Assembly: GCA_964509985.1 (NCBI GenBank)
Contig: CAZDZQ010000007.1
Coordinates: 2,139-66,138, forward strand
Origin: an uncultured Candidatus Peribacteria bacterium
GTDB taxonomy: Bacteria > Patescibacteriota > Gracilibacteria > CAIRYL01
Length of the DNA: 64,000 nt
Reading direction: 5' to 3'
Part shown: in pieces, positions 1 through 9,223 of the stretch
Numbering within the stretch: position 1 is the stretch's first letter
Layout of the letters: every line of letters begins with the position of its first letter
Notes under the pieces: generated by a model
Told to the model about the DNA's origin: nothing
Seen by the model: only the letters and a program-made list of their open reading frames with translations
Database searches by the model: none
Program-made: the position numbers and the translations under genes

Positions 1-2
1 TA

Positions 3-227
3 CAGACTTCGATAGTAACAGCAAGAAATGCACCTGCTCATAAAAGAGCTATTCATTCTTTAAAAGAATTTGGTATACATATAGATCAAATGTTTTTATT
101 AGGAGGAGTAAAAAAAGAAAAAATATTAAAGACATTAAGACCTCACATATTTTTTGATGACCAAAAAACTCACTTAACAGAAGTTATACCATCTGTTCAT
201 ATTCCATTTTTTGATCCAAATAACTAG
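3..227 (+). CDS. 5'-nucleotidase family protein, C-terminal fragment (5' end lies outside the window)
   Basis: Frame 3 reads QTSIVTARNAPAHKRAIHSLKEFGIHIDQMFLLGGVKKEKILKTLRPHIFFDDQKTHL...FDPNN with a TAG stop at 225-227. The TAR..APAH...LGG...IFFDDQ..H pattern resembles the PF06189-type 5'-nucleotidase C-terminus. Confidence 0.5.
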   Translation, partial: QTSIVTARNAPAHKRAIHSLKEFGIHIDQMFLLGGVKKEKILKTLRPHIFFDDQKTHLTEVIPSVHIPFFDPNN

Positions 228-314
228 TGCCCATGCTAAAAACTTCTCAAAACACAGCAAAAACTCGTGATATACTTTTGCAGAAGCAATAAAGGTGTAA
301 TTTTATTTTAAAAT

Positions 315-782
315 ATGGAAAAGAATTTTCAACAATGGGCAAAAGAAAAAATAAATATAGAAAAAAAAGATTCTTATAAAATTTTCTGTAAAAAACGAGA
401 AATTTGGATGGCAAAAATAGGTGTAAATATCGGGAATGAAAGCAGTAAAGATTCCCCTTTTTTTCGTCCTATTCTTATATTAGAAACCTCTATGGGAGGA
501 GACTTGATTTTAGGAATTCCGCTCACATCTCAATATAATGAAAAAATGAATAAGTTTTTAGTTCCTATATCTCACCCAAAACTTTTAAAAAAATCTTTTG
601 TACAACTAAATCAAGTAAAAATTTTTTCACGAAAACGATTAGAACGAAATTTTGATATAAAAATTTCTTCTGAAGAATTGTATACAATAAAAAATCGGCT
701 CCAAGAGAAAGTCTTGAAGCCTCGATTGAGTGAAAAAACTCACTCTATTGTGAATCGGATTTCTAATGAAAACCTCAATTGA
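315..782 (+). CDS. PemK/MazF-family toxin-like protein (mRNA interferase fold), no adjacent antitoxin ORF
   Basis: 155-aa ORF. Motif KREIWMAKIGVNIGNE...FFRPILIL...GIPLTS...VQLNQVKIFSRKRL matches the (E/D)IW..G.N.G.E...RP.L(I/V)L ... P.TS ... Q.R..D..RL signature of PemK/MazF-like toxins. Ends in a rare TGA. Confidence 0.6.
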   Translation: MEKNFQQWAKEKINIEKKDSYKIFCKKREIWMAKIGVNIGNESSKDSPFFRPILILETSMGGDLILGIPLTSQYNEKMNKFLVPISHPKLLKKSFVQLNQVKIFSRKRLERNFDIKISSEELYTIKNRLQEKVLKPRLSEKTHSIVNRISNENLN

Positions 783-856
783 AAAGAATTTCACTTTTCT
801 AAGTAATATCAGTGTATCATATAGGTATTTATCTGTCAAAATAACAAATCAATTTT

Positions 857-1948
857 ATGGAAACTCCTCAAAACACCACCCCAACCATCTTTCCCCAAAT
901 AAAAAACCTGCTCCAACAAGCACGAAAATCTGTTGTGCAGAGTGTGAATACTACAATGGTATACACCTACTTTGAAATTGGGCGAATAATTGTAGAACAC
1001 GAACAAGGAGGAGCATTGCGAGCGGAATATAAAAAAGAAACTTTAAAAATTCTTTCTCAGCAACTTAAAAAGGAGTTTGGAAAAGGGTTTTCTACAACAA
1101 ATTCAGAAAATATGAGGAAATTTTTTCTTGCATATCAAAAATCCCAGACACTGTCTGGGATTTCTGAAACTAAAAAATTACTTTCAAATAATTCTGAAAA
1201 ACAGCAGACTCTGCCTGCCAAATCTCAAAACTTGCCTGTAAAAAATTTTCCAAATAATTTTACTCTTTCTTGGTCACACTATGTTCTGTTGATGAGACTA
1301 GATGATCAAGAACGAAATTTTTATGAAAAAGAATCACAAATAAATAATTGGTCTTTGCGTGAATTAACCCGTCAATTTGATTCTTCTCTTTTTGAAAGAG
1401 TGGCGTTGAGTCGAGATAAAAAAGGAGTGATAGATAATAATTTGAAAAAATATCACTCTCCAGAAAACCCAGAAGATTCTTTAAAAAATCCATATATTTT
1501 GGAGTTTTTAGGATTAGATGAATCAAAAAAATATTCTGAATCAGAATTAGAACAAAAAATTATTGATAATTTAGAACATTTTTTATTGGAACTGGGAAAA
1601 GGTTTTACTTTTGTAGGACGACAACAACGATTTACTTTTGAGGAACAGCATTTTTTTGTAGATTTGGTTTTTTATAATCGATTACTAAAATGTTTTGTGG
1701 TGGTAGATTTAAAAATAGGAAGAATAAAACATCAGGATTTGGGGCAAATGCAAATGTATGTGAATTATTATGATCGATTTGTAAAAACTGATGAAGAAAA
1801 TTCTACTATTGGAATTTTACTTGCAAAGGATAAAAATGAAACTTTGGTAGAAATTACACTTCCAGAAAATAGTAATATTTTTGCAAAAGAGTATAAACTC
1901 TATTTACCAACAAAAGAAGAGTTAAAAAATGAAATAGAGAACTTTTAA
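857..1948 (+). CDS. DUF1016 / YhcG-type PD-(D/E)xK nuclease domain protein
   Basis: 363 aa. N-terminal IKNLLQQARKSVVQSVNTTMVYTYFEIGRIIVE and C-terminal FFVDLVFYNRLLKCFVVVDLKIGRIKHQDLGQMQMYVNYY (D...D/ExK core) are typical of YhcG/DUF1016 proteins often found inside type I R-M loci. Confidence 0.75.
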   Translation: METPQNTTPTIFPQIKNLLQQARKSVVQSVNTTMVYTYFEIGRIIVEHEQGGALRAEYKKETLKILSQQLKKEFGKGFSTTNSENMRKFFLAYQKSQTLSGISETKKLLSNNSEKQQTLPAKSQNLPVKNFPNNFTLSWSHYVLLMRLDDQERNFYEKESQINNWSLRELTRQFDSSLFERVALSRDKKGVIDNNLKKYHSPENPEDSLKNPYILEFLGLDESKKYSESELEQKIIDNLEHFLLELGKGFTFVGRQQRFTFEEQHFFVDLVFYNRLLKCFVVVDLKIGRIKHQDLGQMQMYVNYYDRFVKTDEENSTIGILLAKDKNETLVEITLPENSNIFAKEYKLYLPTKEELKNEIENF

Positions 1949-1954
1949 AAAATT

Positions 1955-2000
1955 ACAACAATAACCATGCAAAAAATAACCGAAGACAGCATCGAAAAAA
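1955..2000 (+). repeat. 46-bp direct repeat, copy 1 (covers the rhuM start and first 11 codons)
   Basis: acaacaataaccatgcaaaaaataaccgaagacagcatcgaaaaaa is identical to 2998-3043. Confidence 0.95.
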
Positions 2001-3007
2001 ACACTCTTCAAAAATTCTCAAACTTTGTTTTATTTAAAACAGAAAAAGGAAAAGTTAATATTGATGTTTTTTTTCAAAATGACACTCTTTGGCTTACCCA
2101 AAAAATGATGGCAGAACTTTTTGAAATACAAACTCCCGCAGTTTCAAAACACTTAAAGAACATTTATGAAGAAGGAGAATTGCAAAAAAATGCAACTCTT
2201 TCCATTTTGGAAATAGTTCAAAAAGAAGGAAATAGAGAGGTTAAAAGAAAAGTTGAATATTATAATCTAAAAGCTATTTTATCTGTTGGATATCGTACTA
2301 ATTCACAACGATCTATAGAATTTAGAAAATGGGCAAATGAAGTTTTGCATGAATATGTGATAAAAGGATTTGCTATAGATGATGAAAAACTGAAAGAAAA
2401 TAAACATTTTGGAAAAGATTATTTTGATGAAATGCTCGAAAGAATTCGAGAAATCAGGATGAGTGAGCGAAGACTTTATCAAAAAATAACAGATATTTAT
2501 GCTTTATCTGCTGATTATGATTCAAAAAGTTCCATTACCAAACATTTTTTTGCAACAGTACAAAACAAACTCCACTGGGCAATTACAGGAAAAACAGCTG
2601 CAGAAATAATCTATACGCAGGCAGATGCTACAAAAATTTATATGGGACTCAAAAACTGGAAAAATTTTCCTGATGGAAAAATTTTAAAAAAGGATGTAAC
2701 CATCGCAAAAAATTATTTGAATGAAAAACATATTGATAAATTGAATAGAATTGTTACTTCATATCTTGACATTGCAGAGAGTCGAGCAGAAAATGAAACA
2801 GTGATGAATATGAAAGATTGGGATAGATATTTAATACAGTTTTTAGAGCTTACCAATCGTCCAATTCTTAAGGATTCAGGAGAAATATCTATGCTTGAGG
2901 CAAAATTAAAAGCAGAAACAGAATATGAAAAATTTAGGATTATTCAGGACAAAAACTATATTTCAGATTTTGATAAAGAAATTTCTCATCTTTTAAAACA
3001 ACAATAA
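1967..3007 (+). CDS. rhuM: RhuM-family protein with a chimeric N-terminus borrowed from hsdR
   Basis: 346 aa. TLWLTQKMMAELFEIQTPAVSKHLKNIYEEGEL, EYYNLKAILSVGYRTNSQRSIEFRKWANEVL and MSERRLYQKITDIY are characteristic RhuM motifs. The first 11 aa, MQKITEDSIEK, equal the HsdR N-terminus. Confidence 0.8.
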   Translation: MQKITEDSIEKNTLQKFSNFVLFKTEKGKVNIDVFFQNDTLWLTQKMMAELFEIQTPAVSKHLKNIYEEGELQKNATLSILEIVQKEGNREVKRKVEYYNLKAILSVGYRTNSQRSIEFRKWANEVLHEYVIKGFAIDDEKLKENKHFGKDYFDEMLERIREIRMSERRLYQKITDIYALSADYDSKSSITKHFFATVQNKLHWAITGKTAAEIIYTQADATKIYMGLKNWKNFPDGKILKKDVTIAKNYLNEKHIDKLNRIVTSYLDIAESRAENETVMNMKDWDRYLIQFLELTNRPILKDSGEISMLEAKLKAETEYEKFRIIQDKNYISDFDKEISHLLKQQ

Positions 3008-3043
3008 CCATGCAAAAAATAACCGAAGACAGCATCGAAAAAA
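2998..3043 (+). repeat. 46-bp direct repeat, copy 2 (covers the hsdR start and first 11 codons)
   Basis: Identical to 1955-2000. The two copies are 1,043 bp apart. Confidence 0.95.
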
Positions 3044-6000
3044 GTTTTATAGAACAACTGGTAGAAACTCATAAGTATGAATATTTTTATGGTCCAGAAA
3101 TTTCTCCAACTTCAGAAAATCCTCAACGAGAAAATTATTCTTCGGTATTGCTAGAAAAACACCTCAAAGAATCTCTGAGAAAATTAAATCCAGATGTGCC
3201 AGAATCTGCACGAGCAGAGGCTTTTCAAAAAATTCGTACACTTGGTGGAGGAAATGATATTATGGAAAACAATGAAAAATTCCATATTTATCTTACCGAA
3301 GGAATCACTGTTGAGTATTTTCAAAACGGAGAAAGTTCGAGTGAAATCGTAAAATTGATAGATATTCAAAACCCAGAAAATAATTCTTTTTGGGCGGTAA
3401 ATCAATTTATCGTACAAGAAAATAATAATGAAAAACGCTTTGATGTTGTTATTTTTGTAAATGGAATGCCTTTGGTATTTGTAGAACTCAAAAATGCAAA
3501 CGATGAAAAAGCCACTTTGCAAAAAGCCTTTACGCAAATTCAAAACTATAAAAACGCTACCCCAAGTATTTTTTATTATAACGCTTTGTGCATTATTTCT
3601 GATGGAATAGATGCGAGAACTTCCAGTCTTTCTGCTCCATTTTCTCGATATTTAGCATGGAAAAATCCAGAAGAAAACAGTTCATCATCCCCAAAAAATT
3701 TTACTGAATTACAAATAATGACAGAAAAAATGCTGAAAAAATCAGTAGTTTTAAATCTTATTCGCTATAATACCGTTTTTGAATCAGATGAAAAAAAAGA
3801 CGAAAATTCTGGACTTATTACCAAAATAAAAATAAAAAAAGTAGCAGCTTATCATCAATATTATGCGGTAGAAAAAGCAGTAACACAAACCTTGCGAGCG
3901 ACAAATGCGGAAACAGGAGATAGAAAAATTGGAGTGGTGTGGCATACTCAAGGATCAGGAAAATCATTAAGTATGGTGTTTTATACAGGGCGAATCGTAG
4001 TAGAACCGCAAATGAAAAATCCAACAATAATTATTTTAACCGATAGAAACGATTTGGATGATCAACTTTTTTCAACTTTTGGAAATTGTATTGGTTTACT
4101 TCGCCAAACTCCAGAACAAGCACATTCTCGTGCAGAATTAAAAAAATTACTGAAAAGAAATGCTGGAGGAATTATTTTTACAACACTGCAAAAATTTTCT
4201 GCAGATGAAGGAAAAAACATTTTTGATACTCTTTCAGAACGAAAAAATATTGTAGTTGTTGCAGATGAAGCCCATAGAAGTCAGTACGGGTTTTCTGGAA
4301 AAATTTCTGATGAAACTGGTGAGTTGAAATATGGAAATGCAAAATATTTGCGAGATGCTCTACCAAATGCTTCATTTTTAGGATTTACTGGAACGCCAAT
4401 TGAAGAAAAAGATAGAAATACCAAAAATGTTTTTGGAGAATATATTGATGTATATGATATCGCTCAAGCGGTAAAAGACGGAGCAACAGTCCCTATCAGT
4501 TATGAATCTCGACTGATTAAAATAAAAATGGATAGAACAGCATTGGCAAAAATTGATTATGCCGTTGATGAAGTGCTGTGTGAAAACGACGAACAACGAG
4601 AAGATGCCAAGAAAAAAAATGCACAAATAAATGCGATTATTGGGAATGAAGACCGATTAAAAGATGTGGCGACAGATATTGTTTCTCATTTTGAAATGCG
4701 TCAAAGCGTATTTGAAGGAAAAGGAATGATTGTTGCTATGACCCGAGAAATAGCGGTAAAACTTTATTCTGAAATTATAAAACTTCGCCCCAGTTGGCAT
4801 TCTGATGATTTAGATTCTGGAAAAATAAAAGTAGTAATGACGAGTTCTACAAGTGATCCAGAAAATTTTCAACCGCACCATACTTCAAAAAAAGACCGAA
4901 AAAATCTAGCACTTCGCATTAAAGATGCTCATGATCCATTACAATTGGTTATAGTGCAGTCTATGTGGCTCACAGGTTTTGATGCACCCAGTTTGCACAC
5001 GATGTATATCGACAAAAAAATGAAAGGAGCAAATCTTATGCAGGCCATTGCACGAGTAAATCGGGTATATAAAGACAAACCTGCGGGATTAATTGTTGAT
5101 TATATTGGTATTGGGCAAGACCTCAAAAATGCTATGGCAACCTATATAGAAAGCGGAGGAACGGGAGAATCGGTGGTTGATATGAAGACTGTTATTAGAG
5201 GATTATTAGAAAAATTTGAAATAGTAGAACAAATGTTTTTTGGATACGATTATAAAAAATATTTTTCTGGAAAAATTTCTGAAAAACTTCAAATTATCCT
5301 AGAAACTGCCAATTTTATTTTGGAAGATGAAAACAAAAAAAATAGATTTTTGGCAGAAGTTTCAAAACTTTCTCAATTGCTAGTAATGGCGTTTCCAAGT
5401 GATGAAGCTGAAAAAATAAAAGATGAAGTCGCTTTTTTTCAAGCCATAAAAACTCGTATTCAAAAATTCTCTTTTTCTGGAAGTGGAGAAAAATCAGATT
5501 TTGAAGTACAAACAGCCATTAAACAAATTGTAGACGATGCCCTTTCTAGTGAAGGAGTTATTGATATTTTTGAAGCAGCAGGGGTAAAAAGCCCTTCTGT
5601 CAGTATTTTATCTCATGAATTTTTACAAGAAGTGAAAAATATGAAGCAAAAAAATATTGCATTTGAACTTCTCAAAAAATTGATAAATGACGAGGTAAAT
5701 ATCCGAAAAACTCAGGATATTATTCAGGGGAAAAAATTTTCTGAAATGCTTACGGGTGTTATTACTCGATATCACAACAATCAAATTGATACTGCGCAAG
5801 TGATAGAAGAGCTTTCTCAAATTGCTACAGAAATGAATTTGGAAGATGAACAATATGAAAAATCTGGACTCGTACGAGAAGAATATGCTTTTTATAAAGT
5901 ATTAAAAGAAAATTCTTCTACTTCTTTTTTAAATGATGAAAAAATGAAAGAACTAATTCATGTCATCACAGAAACTATTAGAAAAAATGCCACTGTTGAT

Positions 6001-6144
6001 TGGAGTCAAAAACGAAATGTAAGAGCAAAATTACGATTAACCGTAAAAAAAATATTGATAAAATATGGATATCCACCAGATTTAGCACGAATGCAAGCGG
6101 ATAAAGTTTTGAACCAAGGAGAATTATTGGCAGAAAATTTTTAA
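3010..6144 (+). CDS. hsdR: Type I restriction enzyme R subunit (HsdR), full length
   Basis: 1,044 aa. N-terminal PD-(D/E)xK (RFDVVIFVNGMPLVFVELKN). Helicase motifs GVVWHTQGSGKSLSMVF, VVADEAHRSQ (DEAH), FLGFTGTP, QSMWLTGFDAP and QAIARVNRV. C-terminal helical region typical of HsdR. Confidence 0.92.
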   Translation: MQKITEDSIEKSFIEQLVETHKYEYFYGPEISPTSENPQRENYSSVLLEKHLKESLRKLNPDVPESARAEAFQKIRTLGGGNDIMENNEKFHIYLTEGITVEYFQNGESSSEIVKLIDIQNPENNSFWAVNQFIVQENNNEKRFDVVIFVNGMPLVFVELKNANDEKATLQKAFTQIQNYKNATPSIFYYNALCIISDGIDARTSSLSAPFSRYLAWKNPEENSSSSPKNFTELQIMTEKMLKKSVVLNLIRYNTVFESDEKKDENSGLITKIKIKKVAAYHQYYAVEKAVTQTLRATNAETGDRKIGVVWHTQGSGKSLSMVFYTGRIVVEPQMKNPTIIILTDRNDLDDQLFSTFGNCIGLLRQTPEQAHSRAELKKLLKRNAGGIIFTTLQKFSADEGKNIFDTLSERKNIVVVADEAHRSQYGFSGKISDETGELKYGNAKYLRDALPNASFLGFTGTPIEEKDRNTKNVFGEYIDVYDIAQAVKDGATVPISYESRLIKIKMDRTALAKIDYAVDEVLCENDEQREDAKKKNAQINAIIGNEDRLKDVATDIVSHFEMRQSVFEGKGMIVAMTREIAVKLYSEIIKLRPSWHSDDLDSGKIKVVMTSSTSDPENFQPHHTSKKDRKNLALRIKDAHDPLQLVIVQSMWLTGFDAPSLHTMYIDKKMKGANLMQAIARVNRVYKDKPAGLIVDYIGIGQDLKNAMATYIESGGTGESVVDMKTVIRGLLEKFEIVEQMFFGYDYKKYFSGKISEKLQIILETANFILEDENKKNRFLAEVSKLSQLLVMAFPSDEAEKIKDEVAFFQAIKTRIQKFSFSGSGEKSDFEVQTAIKQIVDDALSSEGVIDIFEAAGVKSPSVSILSHEFLQEVKNMKQKNIAFELLKKLINDEVNIRKTQDIIQGKKFSEMLTGVITRYHNNQIDTAQVIEELSQIATEMNLEDEQYEKSGLVREEYAFYKVLKENSSTSFLNDEKMKELIHVITETIRKNATVDWSQKRNVRAKLRLTVKKILIKYGYPPDLARMQADKVLNQGELLAENF

Positions 6145-6168
6145 TCTTTCTAAACAAAAAAATTTACT

Positions 6169-7533
6169 ATGCAAAAACAATTTTATTTTCAAGCTGTACA
6201 TTCATATTTATACATTTCACCAATAGAAGTGTATAAGTTTTTTAATAAACAAAATTTATGCAAAGAATTATTGTATTCTGGAACAAATGCTGGAAAATTT
6301 TCTTTTTTACCATTGGATAATCATGAAGAATTACGAGAAGAAAATTCTGAAAAAAATAATTTTTCTAATATAAAAAATATAGAGAAATATTTTAAAGAAA
6401 AACAAAAAAATTATAATTTAAATTCTTTTACTCTAAATATTCCATATTGCGGAGGGCTTGTTTCAGCTTTTAGCTATGACTATGCTTTAAAAAATAACAC
6501 TCAGAACAATACCGCATATTTTGCATTTTCAGATGTATTTATAGTATTTAATCATGAAAAAAAAGAAATTTTAATTTGTGGTTGGTTCGAAAAAGAAACT
6601 TTTTGGAAACAATATTTTCAAAAAATTCAAAATAAGATTATTAAAGTCAAACTTAAACTAGAAAAAAAACTAGAAAAAAATATAATAAATAATAATAAAT
6701 TACAAAATATTAAATTTAAAAATATTATTTCAAAGCAAGAATATATAAACAGTTTTAATAAAATGCAAAAAGAAATTGAACTGGGAAATAGTTTTCAAAT
6801 AAATTTATCCCAAGGATTTACTGCCAAAAAACCAGAAGAAATTTCAGCATTTGAAATTTTTGAACAAGCAACAAAAAAAAATTCTGCACCCATGATGTGT
6901 TTTTTAGAATGGAAAAATAAAGCTATTATTTCTTGTAGTCCAGAACGACTTTTTTCTTTGGATAAAAATAGAAAAATTTTTACACAACCCATTGCAGGAA
7001 CCAGAAAACTTACTCACAACAAAAATGAAGACAAAAAATTGGAAGACAATTTAAAAAATTCTGAAAAAGAAATTGCAGAACATTCCATGATTGTAGATTT
7101 ATTACGAAACGATTTTGGTAAAATTGCCGAATTTGGAAGTGTAAAAGTAAAAGAATTTGCACGAATAGAAAAATATGAAACTGTTATGCATTTGGTTACA
7201 GATATAGAAGCAAAATTATCAAAAAATAAATCTGCTTTTGATGTTTTTGATGCTATGTTTCCAGGTGGAACCATTACTGGAACTCCCAAAAAAGAAACAA
7301 TAAAAATTTTAGAACAAGAAGAAATAAGAACACGAGGATATTATTGCGGTTCTGTTGGATATTTTTCTTTAGACGGACAAGCAGATTTCAATATTTTAAT
7401 TCGAACGCTTGAACAAACCGACAATGAATTATATGGCAGAGCCGGTGGAGGAATTGTATATGGTGCCAGTGCTGAAAATGAATATAAAGAAACCTTGTAT
7501 AAATGGGCAGGAGTCAAAAAAATATTTGAATAA
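6169..7533 (+). CDS. Chorismate-binding enzyme, anthranilate/aminodeoxychorismate synthase component I family (TrpE/PabB-like)
   Basis: 454 aa. Motifs SPERLF, QPIAGTRK, AEHSMIVDLLRNDFGKI, MHLVTDIEAKL, FPGGTITGTPK, RGYYCGSVGYF, FNILIRT, GGGIVYGASAENEYKET. No partner glutaminase or lyase gene is adjacent. Confidence 0.8.
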   Translation: MQKQFYFQAVHSYLYISPIEVYKFFNKQNLCKELLYSGTNAGKFSFLPLDNHEELREENSEKNNFSNIKNIEKYFKEKQKNYNLNSFTLNIPYCGGLVSAFSYDYALKNNTQNNTAYFAFSDVFIVFNHEKKEILICGWFEKETFWKQYFQKIQNKIIKVKLKLEKKLEKNIINNNKLQNIKFKNIISKQEYINSFNKMQKEIELGNSFQINLSQGFTAKKPEEISAFEIFEQATKKNSAPMMCFLEWKNKAIISCSPERLFSLDKNRKIFTQPIAGTRKLTHNKNEDKKLEDNLKNSEKEIAEHSMIVDLLRNDFGKIAEFGSVKVKEFARIEKYETVMHLVTDIEAKLSKNKSAFDVFDAMFPGGTITGTPKKETIKILEQEEIRTRGYYCGSVGYFSLDGQADFNILIRTLEQTDNELYGRAGGGIVYGASAENEYKETLYKWAGVKKIFE

Positions 7534-7588
7534 AAACTTATATCCGTGTTATAATAAATTAAAAAATAATTATATAAAAAAATATTTT

Positions 7589-9223
7589 ATGAGTATAGAT
7601 AACATAGATAAAAACGACTCTAAAGCATTAACCGAAAAAGAAATTCAAATTCAAGAAGCCGAGTTAAAATTAGCAAAACAAAAATTAGAACTCGAAAAAC
7701 AAAAATCTAGCACAGAAACAAAAACAAAAACAAAAATAGATGAAATTAAAGAAAAATTTAGAAAAGGTGCTATTAAACTTGCACTAGGAAGTACAATTGG
7801 AGGAGTTGCTATAACAGCACTTTCAGCATTATCTGGTTCTGATAAAAATTCAACAAAAGAAGCAATAAATGAATCCATTGAAACCTTGACTGATGATAAA
7901 AAATCAACATTAGAAAAATTTTTAAGTTTTATTTCCAATATCACCAAACTATGGAATGGAGATGATGAAAATAAAAATGAAGATAAAAAAAATGTTGATA
8001 AATCTATTAACTTAAGAAAAGAATATTCAGGAAATGGATCATTATTAGATATGGCTCTTTATCTTATAGGTAAAAATGAATCAAGCAATGGAACTAATGT
8101 TTTAAATATTAATGATGGTGGTGCTATTTCTTTTGGTATTTTTCAATTTCAAAAAGAATATTTACAAGGATTTATAGAAACATTAAATAATTCAAAACCA
8201 AAACAAGCAACAAAACTTAATGAACTTATTAAAAAAATAAAAATATATAAAAATCAAAAATCAATTCCTGCTGAAGAATTAAAAAACTTAAAAAATGAAG
8301 CCATAGAAATTTCTAATACATGCAAACACGAACAATTAGCATATATGAGAGATGTAATTGTTCCAAATTCTATATCAAGTGTAACAGAATCTCTACCTTC
8401 ATTTTTGAAAAACAATAGAAGCGATATAACAACTGTTATGATTTTGAATATAGTTCATCAGTTTGGAACAAAAAATAGAAAAAATATAATAATAAAAGCA
8501 GGAGAAAATATTACCACAGAAGAAGAATTTCAAGAAAATTTAATTAAAATTGCACCCACATTTGTAAATCAAGGAGATACCAAAAAAGACAAAACAAAAG
8601 CGGAAATAATAAAAAAAGTGATGATAAAACGTCTTAAAGAGTTGCATAATTTAAAAAATACCAAAAGAAATCCTGTAAAAATTGAACAAAATGCAGAATA
8701 TAAAATTCCAAAAAATGTATTAACAAACAAAAATGCATTAATTCAAAAATATAATATTGAAACACCAAATAAACGCCTTATTTCCATTGCAGATTATCAT
8801 AATAATACTTTATGGATTTTTAACCATGGACAAGTTATATCTTTTCCAATGGCTGGATCTAAAAAAGAAAAAGGGAACGGAGAAGGGCTGGGAACAAAAG
8901 AAAATTCACACAAAACACCAACTGGTGATTTTAAATTAAGTGTAAAAAACAATACCAATGATCCTAGTGCTATTGCAGGAGCAAATGGGCAAGCAAATAT
9001 TATTGGAGCAACTATACATATGGATGGATTAGATACAAATAATAAAAATACAAGAAGTAGAAATATATTAACCCACGGTTGGAAAATTTTTGATAAAAAT
9101 AATAATCTTACAAGGAGTACAGGATGTATACATCTTTCAGGAGAAGACTCTGTAAAATATGCGAATTTAATACAGAAAGAAATTGATAATAATAAAAATG
9201 TTTATATGAAAATAATGAGTTAA
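7589..9223 (+). CDS. Membrane-anchored cell-wall enzyme: possible SLT/lysozyme-like domain plus C-terminal L,D-transpeptidase (YkuD) domain
   Basis: I chose the ATG at 7589 because the track ORF start at 7409 overlaps the upstream gene. Coiled-coil N-terminus and TM segment GAIKLALGSTIGGVAITALSAL. IGKNESS...GGAISFGIFQFQ resembles the ES...GA.G..Q lytic-transglycosylase motif. C-terminal HKTPTGDF...ILTHGW...TRSTGCIHLS matches the YkuD H..(S/T)xGC catalytic motif. Confidence 0.6.
   Translation: MSIDNIDKNDSKALTEKEIQIQEAELKLAKQKLELEKQKSSTETKTKTKIDEIKEKFRKGAIKLALGSTIGGVAITALSALSGSDKNSTKEAINESIETLTDDKKSTLEKFLSFISNITKLWNGDDENKNEDKKNVDKSINLRKEYSGNGSLLDMALYLIGKNESSNGTNVLNINDGGAISFGIFQFQKEYLQGFIETLNNSKPKQATKLNELIKKIKIYKNQKSIPAEELKNLKNEAIEISNTCKHEQLAYMRDVIVPNSISSVTESLPSFLKNNRSDITTVMILNIVHQFGTKNRKNIIIKAGENITTEEEFQENLIKIAPTFVNQGDTKKDKTKAEIIKKVMIKRLKELHNLKNTKRNPVKIEQNAEYKIPKNVLTNKNALIQKYNIETPNKRLISIADYHNNTLWIFNHGQVISFPMAGSKKEKGNGEGLGTKENSHKTPTGDFKLSVKNNTNDPSAIAGANGQANIIGATIHMDGLDTNNKNTRSRNILTHGWKIFDKNNNLTRSTGCIHLSGEDSVKYANLIQKEIDNNKNVYMKIMS

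Noticed and set aside
639-975. ORFs 639-839 (-) and 766-975 (+) around the mazF-like/DUF1016 junction as a possible antitoxin
   Set aside because: They overlap the well-supported flanking genes, have no RHH/AbrB/MazE-like features, and have an odd composition. Treated as spurious.
3010-7533. Hidden hsdM/hsdS fused to or downstream of hsdR
   Set aside because: The 1,044-aa product is fully accounted for by HsdR domains. The next ORF has clear chorismate-enzyme motifs. I saw no N6-adenine methyltransferase (NPPF/Y) or target-recognition-domain repeats.
7409-7588. Track start at 7409 for the L,D-transpeptidase protein
   Set aside because: It overlaps the last 125 nt of the chorismate-binding enzyme gene in another frame. 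The ATG at 7589 follows an AT-rich spacer and begins a sensible N-terminus (MSIDNIDKN...).
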